Positions 46,220 to 57,097 of a stretch of 64,000 nucleotides of DNA are shown here, one piece after another. The stretch is from NCBI GenBank assembly GCA_024409235.1, contig JAKSUA010000003.1:9309-73308 (forward strand), given 5' to 3'. A program made the position numbers and the translations under genes. Under the pieces are notes generated by a model. The model was not told the DNA's origin, made no database searches, and worked only from the letters and a program-made list of their open reading frames with translations. Numbering within the stretch: the stretch's first letter is position 1; each line of letters opens with the position of its first letter. Origin of the DNA: Bacteroidales bacterium. GTDB lineage: Bacteria; Bacteroidota; Bacteroidia; Bacteroidales; UBA1715.

Positions 46220-46281
46220 TATTTTTTGTATTTATCTGCGGTAGTTTTGTATATAGATATTTTTCTTTTTTCTACAGCGAT

Positions 46282-47139
46282 TTATTCCTTAATTTCCCCT
46301 TTCATCACAGAAGGATCAAAAAAACGCAAAACTGTGCTGATTAGTAGGCAGACAACTATTCCTGTGAATCCACATGGACCAGTCAGCAAATCGTTTGTGT
46401 TTTCCAAATATATTACAGAAATACCCGCAATTGCATTAAGAGTTCCGTGAACAATTGCTGCAGCAATTACTGATTTTGCTTTTATTCGGATATACATAAT
46501 AATAGGCGTGAATGATATGCAGAACAAAATCATCATACCAACCCCAGCTATTGGATGTTCTGGGTAGTTGTGTCCCATAAGAATTAGTGGGAAATGCCAC
46601 AATCCCCAAATTGCTCCAATAATTGCAGATGTTTTAAAAAAGGGCTGTCCCTCGAATTGTTTTAACAACCAGCCACGCCAGCAAATTTCCTCACCAAATG
46701 CAAACAAAGCATTAATTGTTATTCCGGCAGAAAGTCCAGAAACAAGAGTTATTGCCAACAATGACCATGCATTAATATCAGGTATTTGTTCGGACATTTT
46801 TTCTAATGCCTCTAGAATTAGCGGTGTTTCTGTGGAAAAAGAAACTCCAGGAATTAAGGTTGAACAAGCTAAAGCCGATAAAGAAAAAAGAGGCATTAAC
46901 AACCATCCTACAAAAAACCAACGGTTTATTTTAAAAGAAACATTCAAACCTTGTAATACAGGTTCCTTATATAATAATTGTAGAATTATCACAGAAACCA
47001 TAGGAATAAACATGTAAAGCGAGGCGAAAATTGTTCCACCTACTGTTTGGTAAGAACCTCCTAATAACTTAAAAAGACTAACCGATACAATACTAATGCT
47101 AAACAGAACAGTTGTAAAAAGGAATAATTTGTTTTTCAT
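46282..47139 (-). CDS. CPBP family intramembrane glutamic endopeptidase (CAAX/Abi-like)
   Basis: FGEEICWRGW (EExxxR), WGLWHFP and AAIVHGTLN, with a polytopic membrane topology. Confidence 0.85.
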   Translation of the reverse strand: MKNKLFLFTTVLFSISIVSVSLFKLLGGSYQTVGGTIFASLYMFIPMVSVIILQLLYKEPVLQGLNVSFKINRWFFVGWLLMPLFSLSALACSTLIPGVSFSTETPLILEALEKMSEQIPDINAWSLLAITLVSGLSAGITINALFAFGEEICWRGWLLKQFEGQPFFKTSAIIGAIWGLWHFPLILMGHNYPEHPIAGVGMMILFCISFTPIIMYIRIKAKSVIAAAIVHGTLNAIAGISVIYLENTNDLLTGPCGFTGIVVCLLISTVLRFFDPSVMKGEIKE

Positions 47140-47240
47140 AGTTAATTTTTTTACAAAAAAAATAAAAATAATAAAATGTACAAGGTTGTAAAGTAGTTAT
47201 TTTGTTAAGATGTGCAGTTAGATTCGTGGTATAAATCTAC

Positions 47241-47843
47241 TTAAAATTCCAGGGACAGTTGTTTTGAAAGTTCTGAATTAAAGGTGACGCGGTGATATTC
47301 GGTTAAACCAAAATCCCGTATTGCAATTTTGTGTTTTAGGGTTGGATATCCTTTGTTAGAAATCCAATTATAAACAGGAAATTTCTGATGAAGTTCATCC
47401 ATGTAGTCGTCGCGGTAGGTTTTTGCAAGGATTGATGCGGCAGCAATTGAGAGATATTTCCCATCACCTTTAACAACACAGTCATAAGGAATGTTCTTGT
47501 ATTTTTTAAATCTATTGCCATCAACAATAATATGTTCTGGAGTAACAGAAAGTTGGTCAATAGCCCGATGCATTGCTAAAAACGAAGCATTTAAAATGTT
47601 AATCTTATCAATCTCGTGATTGTCAACAATACCAACGGCCCAGGAAATGGCATCTTTTTCTATTTGCGAACGCAGCTCTTTCCTTTTTTTGTCGGTCAGT
47701 TGCTTAGAGTCGTTAAGTAAATCATTTTTATAGTCATTAGGGAAAATAACAGCTGCAGCATATACGGGACCAGCCAAGCATCCCCGTCCAGCTTCATCGC
47801 ATCCGACTTCAACGCAATTTTCTGTGAAATACGATTGTAACAT
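47241..47843 (-). CDS. rnhB: Ribonuclease HII
   Basis: [25 protein letters not shown], and ASILAK. Confidence 0.95.
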   Translation of the reverse strand: MLQSYFTENCVEVGCDEAGRGCLAGPVYAAAVIFPNDYKNDLLNDSKQLTDKKRKELRSQIEKDAISWAVGIVDNHEIDKINILNASFLAMHRAIDQLSVTPEHIIVDGNRFKKYKNIPYDCVVKGDGKYLSIAAASILAKTYRDDYMDELHQKFPVYNWISNKGYPTLKHKIAIRDFGLTEYHRVTFNSELSKQLSLEF

Positions 47844-49375
47844 TATTGTTTCTTCTTTTCACGAACTAAAATATCGTATTTTGTAATTGCCCAAAAAACC
47901 CATTTATCTCCGTACATTCCTAAAGCCATGTGGGTTACATCGGGAGTCATAACTTTCATACAATTTTGAGAAAGTCGTTCTTGTATCCAGTGTGTTACAA
48001 CAGTATCTATCACATTTTTCATTCCTTCGTCACCATGAACGCCGTTTAAAGAATAACCATAACCAACACAGAAAGCCATCTTCATAGCTTGTACGAAATT
48101 CAAGCCATTTTCGTTTTCGTAGGTTGTACCTTTATATTGTGTTTTATTTATTTGATCCCACGGAGTTTCACCTTTCAGATTAACGTCTTCGCTATGATTT
48201 TCAAAAAACATTTCCCGTGCATGCTCGTTGGCAAGCCGTTCCAAGGTTGTGTCCCATTCAATTGCAGGAACAGGGGCAACATACACAACTTCGCTTGTGT
48301 CGCATTCGCAACCTTTTAAGCGCCAATTGTTTACTGCCTGTAATGCATATTTGCGGAAACTTTCACGCTCCGAAGAAAATGGAATAGTGTGGAACTCTGT
48401 GTTAAGTCTAGACTCAATGTCTAAGAATTTTCTGTCTCCAGGGAAAATTTCTTTTGCCATCGACAGATATCGATATGCGTTTCGTAAAAGTACGCTGTCT
48501 TTCCATGTGCGTTCGTAGCTTGCTGTTGCTCTATATGCTGTTGCTTGGGAATTGATGAGCTCTATCCAGCGATTTTCTATGTGGCTTGTTATGCCTTTGT
48601 CTTCAGGATATAATTCCAGTCCTTTTTTAGAAAAATCATAAAATAATGTTTTGTCGTCGTCGGTTCGGGCTGTGTCAACACTAAGAATTAACGCTTTTTT
48701 GAATCCTTCGCTTATGCCATAATTGTTTTGAAACTTGATTTTATAATTCCGTATCAGAGTAAACAAATCACTGAACATCCAGTTTTCTGCCAATAAAATA
48801 GCACCTTGTGTAAGAGCTACATAATTATCGTTAGAGCTGTTGATTTCTGCGGGTGATTTTGCATAAAGCCGTTCTACTTTTGAATAGCATTTATCGTATC
48901 GTCCGGCATCTGCATCAAGCTGTGCATATTCCAGTCCGTTTGATTTTTTTGTTCTGAATATACTTGCAAGTTTTTGATTAATAGCTTGAGCTTCAGATGT
49001 GTTGGCTGTTTTAATTTTTCTTGCACGATTCTCTGCGAAATCTTTGATAATCAAGAGGGTATCATTATGTTCATCAAGAATCTCCCTGTCTTCGTCCTTG
49101 GCACTTAGAATACTTAAATTAGATAGGCAGTCAAGAAGAGGATTTTTAGAGATTTCTTTGTATTCCGATGGAGATTGAGCCATTTCGTAATATGCGATTG
49201 CTTTCACGTAATACACTTCAATCATGGCTGGTTTCTTTTTCAAAGCAGCGTCACATTGTTGAAGACATTTGGCATAATCCTGTTTATTGTAGAGAGAATA
49301 TAATTTGCTCATTTTCTGCGAATAACCAGAAAAAAACAAAAGGATAAAAGACAGTACAAATACAATTTTCCGCAT
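47843..49375 (-). CDS. Exported protein with an N-terminal helical (TPR-like) region and a possible C-terminal CAP/SCP-like domain
   Basis: Signal peptide. The C-terminus [13 protein letters not shown]...[34 protein letters not shown] loosely fits the bacterial CAP pattern. The domain call is weak. Confidence 0.45.
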   Translation of the reverse strand: MRKIVFVLSFILLFFSGYSQKMSKLYSLYNKQDYAKCLQQCDAALKKKPAMIEVYYVKAIAYYEMAQSPSEYKEISKNPLLDCLSNLSILSAKDEDREILDEHNDTLLIIKDFAENRARKIKTANTSEAQAINQKLASIFRTKKSNGLEYAQLDADAGRYDKCYSKVERLYAKSPAEINSSNDNYVALTQGAILLAENWMFSDLFTLIRNYKIKFQNNYGISEGFKKALILSVDTARTDDDKTLFYDFSKKGLELYPEDKGITSHIENRWIELINSQATAYRATASYERTWKDSVLLRNAYRYLSMAKEIFPGDRKFLDIESRLNTEFHTIPFSSERESFRKYALQAVNNWRLKGCECDTSEVVYVAPVPAIEWDTTLERLANEHAREMFFENHSEDVNLKGETPWDQINKTQYKGTTYENENGLNFVQAMKMAFCVGYGYSLNGVHGDEGMKNVIDTVVTHWIQERLSQNCMKVMTPDVTHMALGMYGDKWVFWAITKYDILVREKKKQ

Positions 49376-49522
49376 TATAAAAAGCTTAAAATCTTGTTAC
49401 ATAAAAGAACAGTTACGTTCAATTGAAATAAAATTTTGTTCAAAGATAGGTTTTATTTTGATAGTAAGGAGTTTTCGTGGGTGAATAAAAATTCATATAC
49501 TTGCAACACAAACAAAAATGCT

Positions 49523-50881
49523 ATGCTGGATTGGAATAAATTATTGTCACCTAAACGTTTAGGACTTGAAGACGAAGAAACACGGGCACAAGATATTCGT
49601 TCGCAATTTCAAAGAGATTATGACAGAATAATTTTTTCGTCACCATTCCGACGACTGCAAAATAAGACACAAGTATTCCCATTGCCTGGGAGCATTTTTG
49701 TTCATAACCGGCTGACACACAGTCTTGAAGTTGCATCTGTTGGACGTTCATTGGGAAATATGATTGCGTCGGGATTAGCAGATCGAAAAATAGATATTGC
49801 GCCGCATTTACTTGACAGCATCGGTACGATTGTATCTTCCGCGTGTTTAGCACACGATTTAGGAAATCCACCATTCGGTCATTCCGGAGAAAAGGCAATA
49901 TCCCGTTATTTTGAGGAAATAGATTCAAACAACATTTCGTCCCTTTTGACTCAGGATCAATTACTTGACCTTACAAATTTTGAGGGAAATGCGAATACAC
50001 TCCGTTTGCTGACACATCATTTTACAGGACGAAGAAAAGGTGGATTTGCATTGACGTATGCAACTATTGGAACCTTGTTAAAATATCCGTGTTCTTCAAA
50101 GGATATAAAAATGGGGAAGACGCCATATCATAAATATGGAGTTTTTCAGTCTGAAATACCTGTTTTACAAACAGTTGCAAAGGAATTAGGATTAATTCAG
50201 TATGAGAAGAGTGACACAGTATTCGGACGCCATCCATTAGTTTTTTTAATGGAAGCAGCCGATGACATTTGTTATCAGATAGTTGATTTGGAAGATGCTC
50301 ACCGGTTAGGAATAATTTCCACAAAAGATGCAAAAGATTTGATGATGGCGTTTTTTGATCCGCAGATAGATAAAGCAGCATTGAACGATTTAGAAAATGC
50401 ATTGAACGATATTTCCGACGAAAACGAACAGATGGTGATACTTCGTTCACGTACAATCAATAAACTTATAACTGACTGTGCAAATGTATTTTGGGAGAAT
50501 TACGATGACATTATGAATTGTCGTTTTTTTCATTCCCTTGCTGATTCAATGCATGGTACGCCTAAAAAAGCGTTATTGACATTGTCATCTTTAGCAACAG
50601 AAAAAATTTATAATGCCCGTGAAGTTATTGAGATTCAAATAGCTGGACATAGAATTCTAAGCGAACTTCTGCAAGAGTTTGTGACGGCAACCTTGCGAAA
50701 AGGGGAAACGCTTTATACATCACAGTTACTTAGATTACTTCCTTCCCAATTAATTACCGATGAAAAAGATATTTATTCGCAGATTTTCTCGGTGGTTGAC
50801 TTTATTTCGGGAATGACAGACGTATATTCTTTGGAGATGTATAGAAAAATCAAAGGAATATCATTTTCTGTTATACGATAA
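49523..50881 (+). CDS. dgt: dGTP triphosphohydrolase (HD domain)
   Basis: FQRDYDRIIFSSPFRRLQNKTQVF, NRLTHSLEVASVGRSLG, and AHDLGNPPFGHSGE. ATG at 49523; the track start is an upstream TTG. Confidence 0.9.
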   Translation: MLDWNKLLSPKRLGLEDEETRAQDIRSQFQRDYDRIIFSSPFRRLQNKTQVFPLPGSIFVHNRLTHSLEVASVGRSLGNMIASGLADRKIDIAPHLLDSIGTIVSSACLAHDLGNPPFGHSGEKAISRYFEEIDSNNISSLLTQDQLLDLTNFEGNANTLRLLTHHFTGRRKGGFALTYATIGTLLKYPCSSKDIKMGKTPYHKYGVFQSEIPVLQTVAKELGLIQYEKSDTVFGRHPLVFLMEAADDICYQIVDLEDAHRLGIISTKDAKDLMMAFFDPQIDKAALNDLENALNDISDENEQMVILRSRTINKLITDCANVFWENYDDIMNCRFFHSLADSMHGTPKKALLTLSSLATEKIYNAREVIEIQIAGHRILSELLQEFVTATLRKGETLYTSQLLRLLPSQLITDEKDIYSQIFSVVDFISGMTDVYSLEMYRKIKGISFSVIR

Positions 50882-50967
50882 TCGATAGAAATTCGTTTGT
50901 TTATTTGTTTAATAATCAATACATTTGCATTATTGAAAGAATAATGTTCCTAAAAGACTCTATCTAA

Positions 50968-53388
50968 ATGAAAATCAAAAAATTATTAGTTCTTTTGCTG
51001 GGAATAATCCTTGCGGCACAATCGTTTTCTCAGACTGAAAATTTCAGGGAACCAGCACGAGTTGAATCATATTTGACTGAACTATATCCCGAGGCATTCA
51101 ATTTGACATTAATGCGTGATGCGATTTTGTATTACATTGATAGAGAATTGAAAAACGAAGGTTGTAGAATTTTGCAGCCAAATCAGATTTTGCAGGGTGC
51201 TTCTCAGGAGTTTGCCGATTATATGGGAAAAACTGATGAAATCAGAGTTTCGTATGCTCCTTCAAAATATGTGTTGCAACAACGTTTAATGAATCAAGGT
51301 GGTGGTGTTCATCAGGCAGACGAAATCACGATGAAAACATCTATTCAACGCGCAAAAATTTCCTTGACATACGATGAGGTTGCGCAAGATATTGTTTTCC
51401 AAATCTTTAAGAGAAAATCTGTCGAAATTCTTCAAAATCCTGGATATGTGTTTGCGGGAATTGGTTGTGCGATAGACAAAACAGGAAAGAAGTTATATAT
51501 TTCGATAAGTGTTGGTAACTATAATCTGTTAACTGCTTCAAAGAAAGAAATCAAAGAGTCTGGATTGAAACTAACAACGTCTAATCAAGGAATTGGCTGG
51601 TACGATGCAAAAGCATGTAAGGCTTGTGCAAAATATAAGGAAATGGAGTCTATCCGTTCCATGGTTTCAATTGATAGAGGAAAAATCTATTTTGAAACAT
51701 CTGATTATAAATCTTTCAAGAAATTAATGAAAGATCCAACCGATGCAATTGCTGTTGATATTGTAAACATAAAACAATATCCTTGCAACGGAAGCAACAT
51801 TGTGAATAATCAGTTGCCAAGCCGTGGTTTTATGACAAAACCGGTGTATGTTAAAGATTTTGATAAATTAAATATTTACGCTGGAAGAAATTCATCATCG
51901 AAACTTCGTCTTTTATTGGGAGAATTGCCAGAAGGTGTTACTGATTACGAATACAATGTTTTGATTATTAAAGATAAACATCTTTGTAAGACACTTACTC
52001 CAAGTTATGAAAAGAAGATTGAAGGTTTCAACATGCCGGAATTGCTTCCTTTCCCAGATACAGTAACTCGTTACAACACATTTGTTTATACTCCAAAAGT
52101 GGAACGCGACACAATCAGTTTCATTATTCCTTTTGAAATTGGACGTTCGCAATATCGCCCGGAAGATATCATTGCTTTTGTTGACTCAATGAAACAACCG
52201 GATTTTCAACCGCTCGCATTCATAGTGTCTGCGTATACTTCGGTTGATGGAAATCCTGAGAAAAACATGCAGCTTCGTGGAGAGAGAATTAATACCATTG
52301 TTAGTTCAATAGCATCATATTCAGGAAATAAAGTTCCTATTTCTACTCAAAGTAAAGATTCATGGGATTTATTCTATACAGACATTGTTGCTACAGAATG
52401 GCAGTTTTTGAAGACAAAATCTCACGAAGAGGTACTTGCTTATATTTCCAAAGGCGACAATTTGAAAAAAATGGACGGACTGCTTTCTAAGCATCGTTTT
52501 GCAGAAGTTCAGATTGTGGTTGAGTACGATATTTCAACAAAACATAAAGAACAATCTTATTCTGTGTATGCTTTCCACAAAGCATTAAAAGAATACAACG
52601 AGGACCGTGCTTTAGCAGTTCAAAAATATATCATGCAGCAGGTTCTTTCTGGAAGATATCCAAAAACAGTTATCGACAAGATGCAGATTCCTGACAAACC
52701 AGCATATGTTGGATTGCAGGTAAATAAAATGTGGTTAGATTACACTGCGAATAATAAACCAATTGATGAGAAATTTTTGAAGGAAATGCAACGTCTAAAA
52801 ACATTGAATCCAACTCATCCATATGTACGCCGCAATCTTGTTTTTGCACGTTTAAAATTGGAAACAATCGACAATGAATATTATGTAACCGAAATGCAGA
52901 AAGATATTGATGAACAATTGATTTCGAAATTACCTAAATATGCTATTGATCCATTAAATCTTGAATTACAAGTTAAATCATTACAAAACTTAAATAAAAC
53001 ATATAAAGTTTCTAATGAAGAGGAATTTGTAAATGCAGCATTTGAAAGAATCAAGGAAATAATAGAAATTGACGACAATGATTGGAAAGGAGCTTTAAAT
53101 ATTGCTTCAATATTCGCGGGAATGAATGACTACGATTATCCAGTAAGCGTTATGGCTCCAATGATAAAATTGCCTAATGTAAGTGAGGAATTTGTGTTTG
53201 CATTTATCTCGATGTGTACACATACTGATTATATGTATCATAACCAAGCATTTATTGATGCTTTAGTTAAGGCTGCAGAGATGAACAAACCACGTTTGTG
53301 CGAATTGGTTGACACTGGTAAACTTTCGTTCCAAATGTTCGAGAATCCAGAAGTTAAAAAAGCATTCTGTCCAATCTGCAATCAGTAA
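50968..53388 (+). CDS. Large exported protein of unknown function (possible N-terminal CAP-like domain and an OmpA-like motif)
   Basis: Signal peptide. ILQNPGYVFAGIGCAIDKTGKKLYISISVG is CAP-like, and AYTSVDGNPEKNMQLRGERINTIV resembles the OmpA-family peptidoglycan-binding motif. Both calls are weak. Confidence 0.45.
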   Translation: MKIKKLLVLLLGIILAAQSFSQTENFREPARVESYLTELYPEAFNLTLMRDAILYYIDRELKNEGCRILQPNQILQGASQEFADYMGKTDEIRVSYAPSKYVLQQRLMNQGGGVHQADEITMKTSIQRAKISLTYDEVAQDIVFQIFKRKSVEILQNPGYVFAGIGCAIDKTGKKLYISISVGNYNLLTASKKEIKESGLKLTTSNQGIGWYDAKACKACAKYKEMESIRSMVSIDRGKIYFETSDYKSFKKLMKDPTDAIAVDIVNIKQYPCNGSNIVNNQLPSRGFMTKPVYVKDFDKLNIYAGRNSSSKLRLLLGELPEGVTDYEYNVLIIKDKHLCKTLTPSYEKKIEGFNMPELLPFPDTVTRYNTFVYTPKVERDTISFIIPFEIGRSQYRPEDIIAFVDSMKQPDFQPLAFIVSAYTSVDGNPEKNMQLRGERINTIVSSIASYSGNKVPISTQSKDSWDLFYTDIVATEWQFLKTKSHEEVLAYISKGDNLKKMDGLLSKHRFAEVQIVVEYDISTKHKEQSYSVYAFHKALKEYNEDRALAVQKYIMQQVLSGRYPKTVIDKMQIPDKPAYVGLQVNKMWLDYTANNKPIDEKFLKEMQRLKTLNPTHPYVRRNLVFARLKLETIDNEYYVTEMQKDIDEQLISKLPKYAIDPLNLELQVKSLQNLNKTYKVSNEEEFVNAAFERIKEIIEIDDNDWKGALNIASIFAGMNDYDYPVSVMAPMIKLPNVSEEFVFAFISMCTHTDYMYHNQAFIDALVKAAEMNKPRLCELVDTGKLSFQMFENPEVKKAFCPICNQ

Positions 53389-53457
53389 AATAAGGCGCTA
53401 CAAGGAATTTGTGGTACTTTGGTAAACTGCTATTTTAAAGAAATTAATTCTAAGAAT

Positions 53458-54525
53458 ATGAAATTGAAATTCAGAGTTCTCTCACATAGAATCATATCAT
53501 TTGAAATAGCGTTTGTCGCTGCATTGGCAGCAATTGCTTCATTGCTTGTTTTTTATGTAATGGATTGCACTAATATCTTTCTTGTTGTAGGTATTATAGC
53601 AGTTCTAGTATTCTTTTCAGTTTTTTTTATTACACGTCATCTTGTAAAGCTTTTTGTTATTGAAAAAGTTAGGCCAATTTATAAGGTAATCCGTTCGGAA
53701 CAGATGCCACGATTTAGGGAAATAGCAAAGAACGATAATGATCTTATAGAAACAGCAACAAAAGATGCGGAAGAGTGGGCGACAAGAATCAGTGACAAAG
53801 AGCTAGAAATGTTGAAAAAACAGGAGATTTTCAGAAAAGAATATATAGGAAATGTTGCTCATGAACTGAAGACGCCAATCTTTACCATTCAAGGTTATGT
53901 TTCAACCTTGCTTGACGGTGGATTATATGACGAATCAATTAATCGTCTTTATTTAGAAAGAACAGATAAGGTTATTCAGCGAATGACATCAATTGTTCAC
54001 GATTTAGATTCAATAAATCGTTTGGAATCGGGAGTTTTAAAGATGGAATATACAACATTTAATATTGTTGACCTTGTAAATGAAGTATATGAAGCTCAAG
54101 AATATTTGGCGAAAGAACGTAATATTACCTTGTCTGTTGAAACAGCTTTGCCAAAAAATCTATTAATGGTTTATGCTGACAAGATGAGAATAAATATGGC
54201 ATTGTCAAATCTTATTATTAATGCTATAAAATATAACAAGACTGAAGGTGGTTCTGTAACCGTTCGTTTTTTCGACATGGAAAGTCGATTTTTGGTTGAG
54301 GTATCAGATACAGGTATTGGAATTCCTCAGGAATGTCAGGAACGTATATTTGAACGATTTTTCCGTGTTGATAAAAGTCGTTCGCGTGAGCAGGGAGGCA
54401 CTGGTTTAGGATTGGCCATTGTTAAGCATATTATTGAAGCACACGGAGAAAAAATCACGGTGAAAAGTACTGTAAACCAAGGCTCTTCATTCTCTTTCAC
54501 AATTAAAAAAGGTACGATTCGATAA
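53458..54525 (+). CDS. Sensor histidine kinase (PhoR-like)
   Basis: Two TM helices, H-box NVAHELKTP, N-box NLIINAIKYN, and G-boxes DTGIGI and GGTGLGLAIV. ATG at 53458. Confidence 0.9.
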   Translation: MKLKFRVLSHRIISFEIAFVAALAAIASLLVFYVMDCTNIFLVVGIIAVLVFFSVFFITRHLVKLFVIEKVRPIYKVIRSEQMPRFREIAKNDNDLIETATKDAEEWATRISDKELEMLKKQEIFRKEYIGNVAHELKTPIFTIQGYVSTLLDGGLYDESINRLYLERTDKVIQRMTSIVHDLDSINRLESGVLKMEYTTFNIVDLVNEVYEAQEYLAKERNITLSVETALPKNLLMVYADKMRINMALSNLIINAIKYNKTEGGSVTVRFFDMESRFLVEVSDTGIGIPQECQERIFERFFRVDKSRSREQGGTGLGLAIVKHIIEAHGEKITVKSTVNQGSSFSFTIKKGTIR

Positions 54526-54528
54526 AAT

Positions 54529-55215
54529 ATGGCAAATTCAAAGACAATATTACTTGTTGACGACGAACCAGATATAATAGAAATACTTCGATATAATTTG
54601 GAGAAGGAAGGCTATAAAACATATTCAGCAATGAATGGTCTTGATGCAGTGTCGATGGCACAAAAGGTAAATCCAGATTTGATTTTACTTGATGTTATGC
54701 TTCCTGACATGGATGGAATTCAGACTTGCGAAACGATTCGGCAAATACCTGAGTTGAAAAATACGATAATAGCATTTTTAACTGCCCGAAGCGAGGATTA
54801 TTCGGAAATAGCTGGTTTTCAGGCAGGTGCAGATGATTACATAACGAAGCCGATTCGTCCCAAAGTTCTTATCACAAGAATTCAGTCTTTGTTAAAAAGG
54901 AATTTACAAAACGATCAGGATGAATCTCAAATTATTAAATATGAAGATATTATACTAGACAAAGAAAAATTTCTTGTCAGTGTTAATAATCATTCATTCA
55001 GTCTTCCTAATAAAGAATTCAAACTATTGGAATTGTTGATTTCTAAACCGGAGCGTGTTTTCACACGTGAGGAAATTTATTCATTGATTTGGGGAAGTGA
55101 AATTGTTGTTGGCGACCGTACGATTGACGTGCATATTAGAAGATTGAGAGAAAAAATCGGAGAAAAATACATTCATACAATAAAAGGAATCGGGTACGTA
55201 TTTGCCCGTAGATAA
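54529..55215 (+). CDS. OmpR/PhoB family response regulator
   Basis: Receiver domain LLVDDEPDI...LLDVMLPDMDG...KP and a winged-helix output domain (RTIDVHIRRLREKI...IKGIGY). Confidence 0.92.
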   Translation: MANSKTILLVDDEPDIIEILRYNLEKEGYKTYSAMNGLDAVSMAQKVNPDLILLDVMLPDMDGIQTCETIRQIPELKNTIIAFLTARSEDYSEIAGFQAGADDYITKPIRPKVLITRIQSLLKRNLQNDQDESQIIKYEDIILDKEKFLVSVNNHSFSLPNKEFKLLELLISKPERVFTREEIYSLIWGSEIVVGDRTIDVHIRRLREKIGEKYIHTIKGIGYVFARR

Positions 55216-55217
55216 TT

Positions 55218-55874
55218 ATGGCAGAGATAAAAGCGTGTATATTTGATATGGACGGAGTGCTTGTAAGCACCGAAATTTATCATTTTAAGGCATGGAAACG
55301 TTTGACGGAAACTTTGGGATTTTCTATTGATGAAAAATTTAATGAGAATCTAAAAGGTGTCAGCCGTTCTGTATGTATAGATCTAATTCTAAAACATGGC
55401 GGTTTAGAGAAAACACAAGAGGAAAAAGATGTTTTAGCAGCACAGAAAAACGAATGGTTCCTTGAATATGTAAACACAGAAATTACTCCAAGTAACGTAT
55501 ATCCTGGAGTAATAAATTTTTTGGAAACGTTAAAGCAAAAAGGATATAAAACAGCTATTGGTTCTGCAAGTAAAAATGCTCCTTTGCTTGTGGAGAAATT
55601 AGGAATAAAAAAATATTTTGATGCAATAGTTGACGGTAACATGATTACAAAAGCAAAGCCAAATCCTGAGGTTTTTCTGAAAGGAGCTGAATTAATCGGT
55701 GTTAATCCTCAAAATTGTGTGGTTTTTGAAGATGCAATCAGTGGTGTTGAAGCTGCAAAGAATGGGGGAATGTTTTGTATTGGAGTTGGTTCTGCGGAAA
55801 TCTTGAAGAAAGCAGATTTTTGCATTAATAGTTTTACGCAGATGAGTTTGGAACGCCTTAATGAGCTTGCTTAA
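55218..55874 (+). CDS. pgmB: Beta-phosphoglucomutase (HAD superfamily)
   Basis: CIFDMDGVL (DxDG), SASKNA, KAKPNPEVF, and VFEDAISGVEAA. Confidence 0.8.
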   Translation: MAEIKACIFDMDGVLVSTEIYHFKAWKRLTETLGFSIDEKFNENLKGVSRSVCIDLILKHGGLEKTQEEKDVLAAQKNEWFLEYVNTEITPSNVYPGVINFLETLKQKGYKTAIGSASKNAPLLVEKLGIKKYFDAIVDGNMITKAKPNPEVFLKGAELIGVNPQNCVVFEDAISGVEAAKNGGMFCIGVGSAEILKKADFCINSFTQMSLERLNELA

Positions 55875-55904
55875 AGGACAAAACAAAATAGCAAGTTCGA
55901 ATTC

Positions 55905-57053
55905 ATGAAAATCCGTTTAACGATAATATTTATTTTGCTCTCGATTATTGGTTATAGTCAGGAGGACAGCCTTTCTACTATTTCAAAGGAGGAAATTCCT
56001 CAGAAAAATATAGTTGATCGGGTAATGAGTTTGTTTGAGACAAATTTCGGAAGAACTTCAATAAAGTATTATCCATCTGCGGGTATTGATCCTGCCAGCG
56101 GAATTTCGATTGGAGCATTGTCGTTGATTTCAATTGTTCCGAAGGAAACAGATAGAAAGAAAATAAGATTTTTCCGTCCAACGTCAATTTCAAACATGGT
56201 TACATATTCAACAAAAAAATGGTTAAATATGAAATCAGATGTGATTTTATATGCAAGTCATGGATTTGTTGTGAATACATTTGTACAGTACCAAGTTTCA
56301 CCGGATCATTTTTATGGTATTGGTAATGACACACTTAATACAAATCCTGTGAAATTTGACATGAAAGACCTCCGTATAGATGGAAATATTTCAAAGGAAC
56401 TTTCACAAACATGGTTTTTAGGATTTAATTTTGATATCTCGCATAGAAATTATACAGCATTAGATTCTGGAGAAAGTATTTTGCCAGAACAGAAAAATAA
56501 ATGGTTGATTGGTTTTGGGCCATACTTAACATATGATAGCAGAGATCATATAAACTATCCTTCACACGGAGAATATGTAACAATAGGAATTAAATATTTC
56601 GCACCGCATAGTTCCAATGCTTATTCATTTTATTCGTTGGAAATAAATGCACGAAAATATATCACACTTTATAAAGACATCATTCTTGCAATGAGCTTGT
56701 TTAATGGTTTAAGCGAAGGCGACATACCTTTTTATTGCTTATATCAACTTGGAGGGCAGACTCGTCTCCGTGGTATTTCCAACAAGTATATGTATATTGA
56801 CAAGAATGCATATTATGCGCAATGCGAACTTAGAAAGCACATTTGGAATCGTTTCGGGTTAGTTGTGTTTGGAGGACTTGGTAATACATATCCAAAGATT
56901 TCCGAGATAAATTCTAATCATATTAAGTATGTTTATGGGGCTGGAATTCGATTTCAAAGCGATACAAGAAGTAACATTAATCTAAGAATGGATTACGGCA
57001 GGGGTAGTTTTGGAGATTCGGGAATATATATGACAATGCGTGAAGCATTCTAA
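55905..57053 (+). CDS. Outer-membrane beta-barrel of the BamA/Omp85 surface-antigen family (barrel only)
   Basis: Signal peptide, alternating beta-strand pattern, LGGQTRLRG, YGAGIRF, and a C-terminal aromatic residue (...MREAF). Confidence 0.7.
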   Translation: MKIRLTIIFILLSIIGYSQEDSLSTISKEEIPQKNIVDRVMSLFETNFGRTSIKYYPSAGIDPASGISIGALSLISIVPKETDRKKIRFFRPTSISNMVTYSTKKWLNMKSDVILYASHGFVVNTFVQYQVSPDHFYGIGNDTLNTNPVKFDMKDLRIDGNISKELSQTWFLGFNFDISHRNYTALDSGESILPEQKNKWLIGFGPYLTYDSRDHINYPSHGEYVTIGIKYFAPHSSNAYSFYSLEINARKYITLYKDIILAMSLFNGLSEGDIPFYCLYQLGGQTRLRGISNKYMYIDKNAYYAQCELRKHIWNRFGLVVFGGLGNTYPKISEINSNHIKYVYGAGIRFQSDTRSNINLRMDYGRGSFGDSGIYMTMREAF

Positions 57054-57097
57054 TAAAATAAAAAATATAATTTTGCGGAACTTTTATATTGTTGATT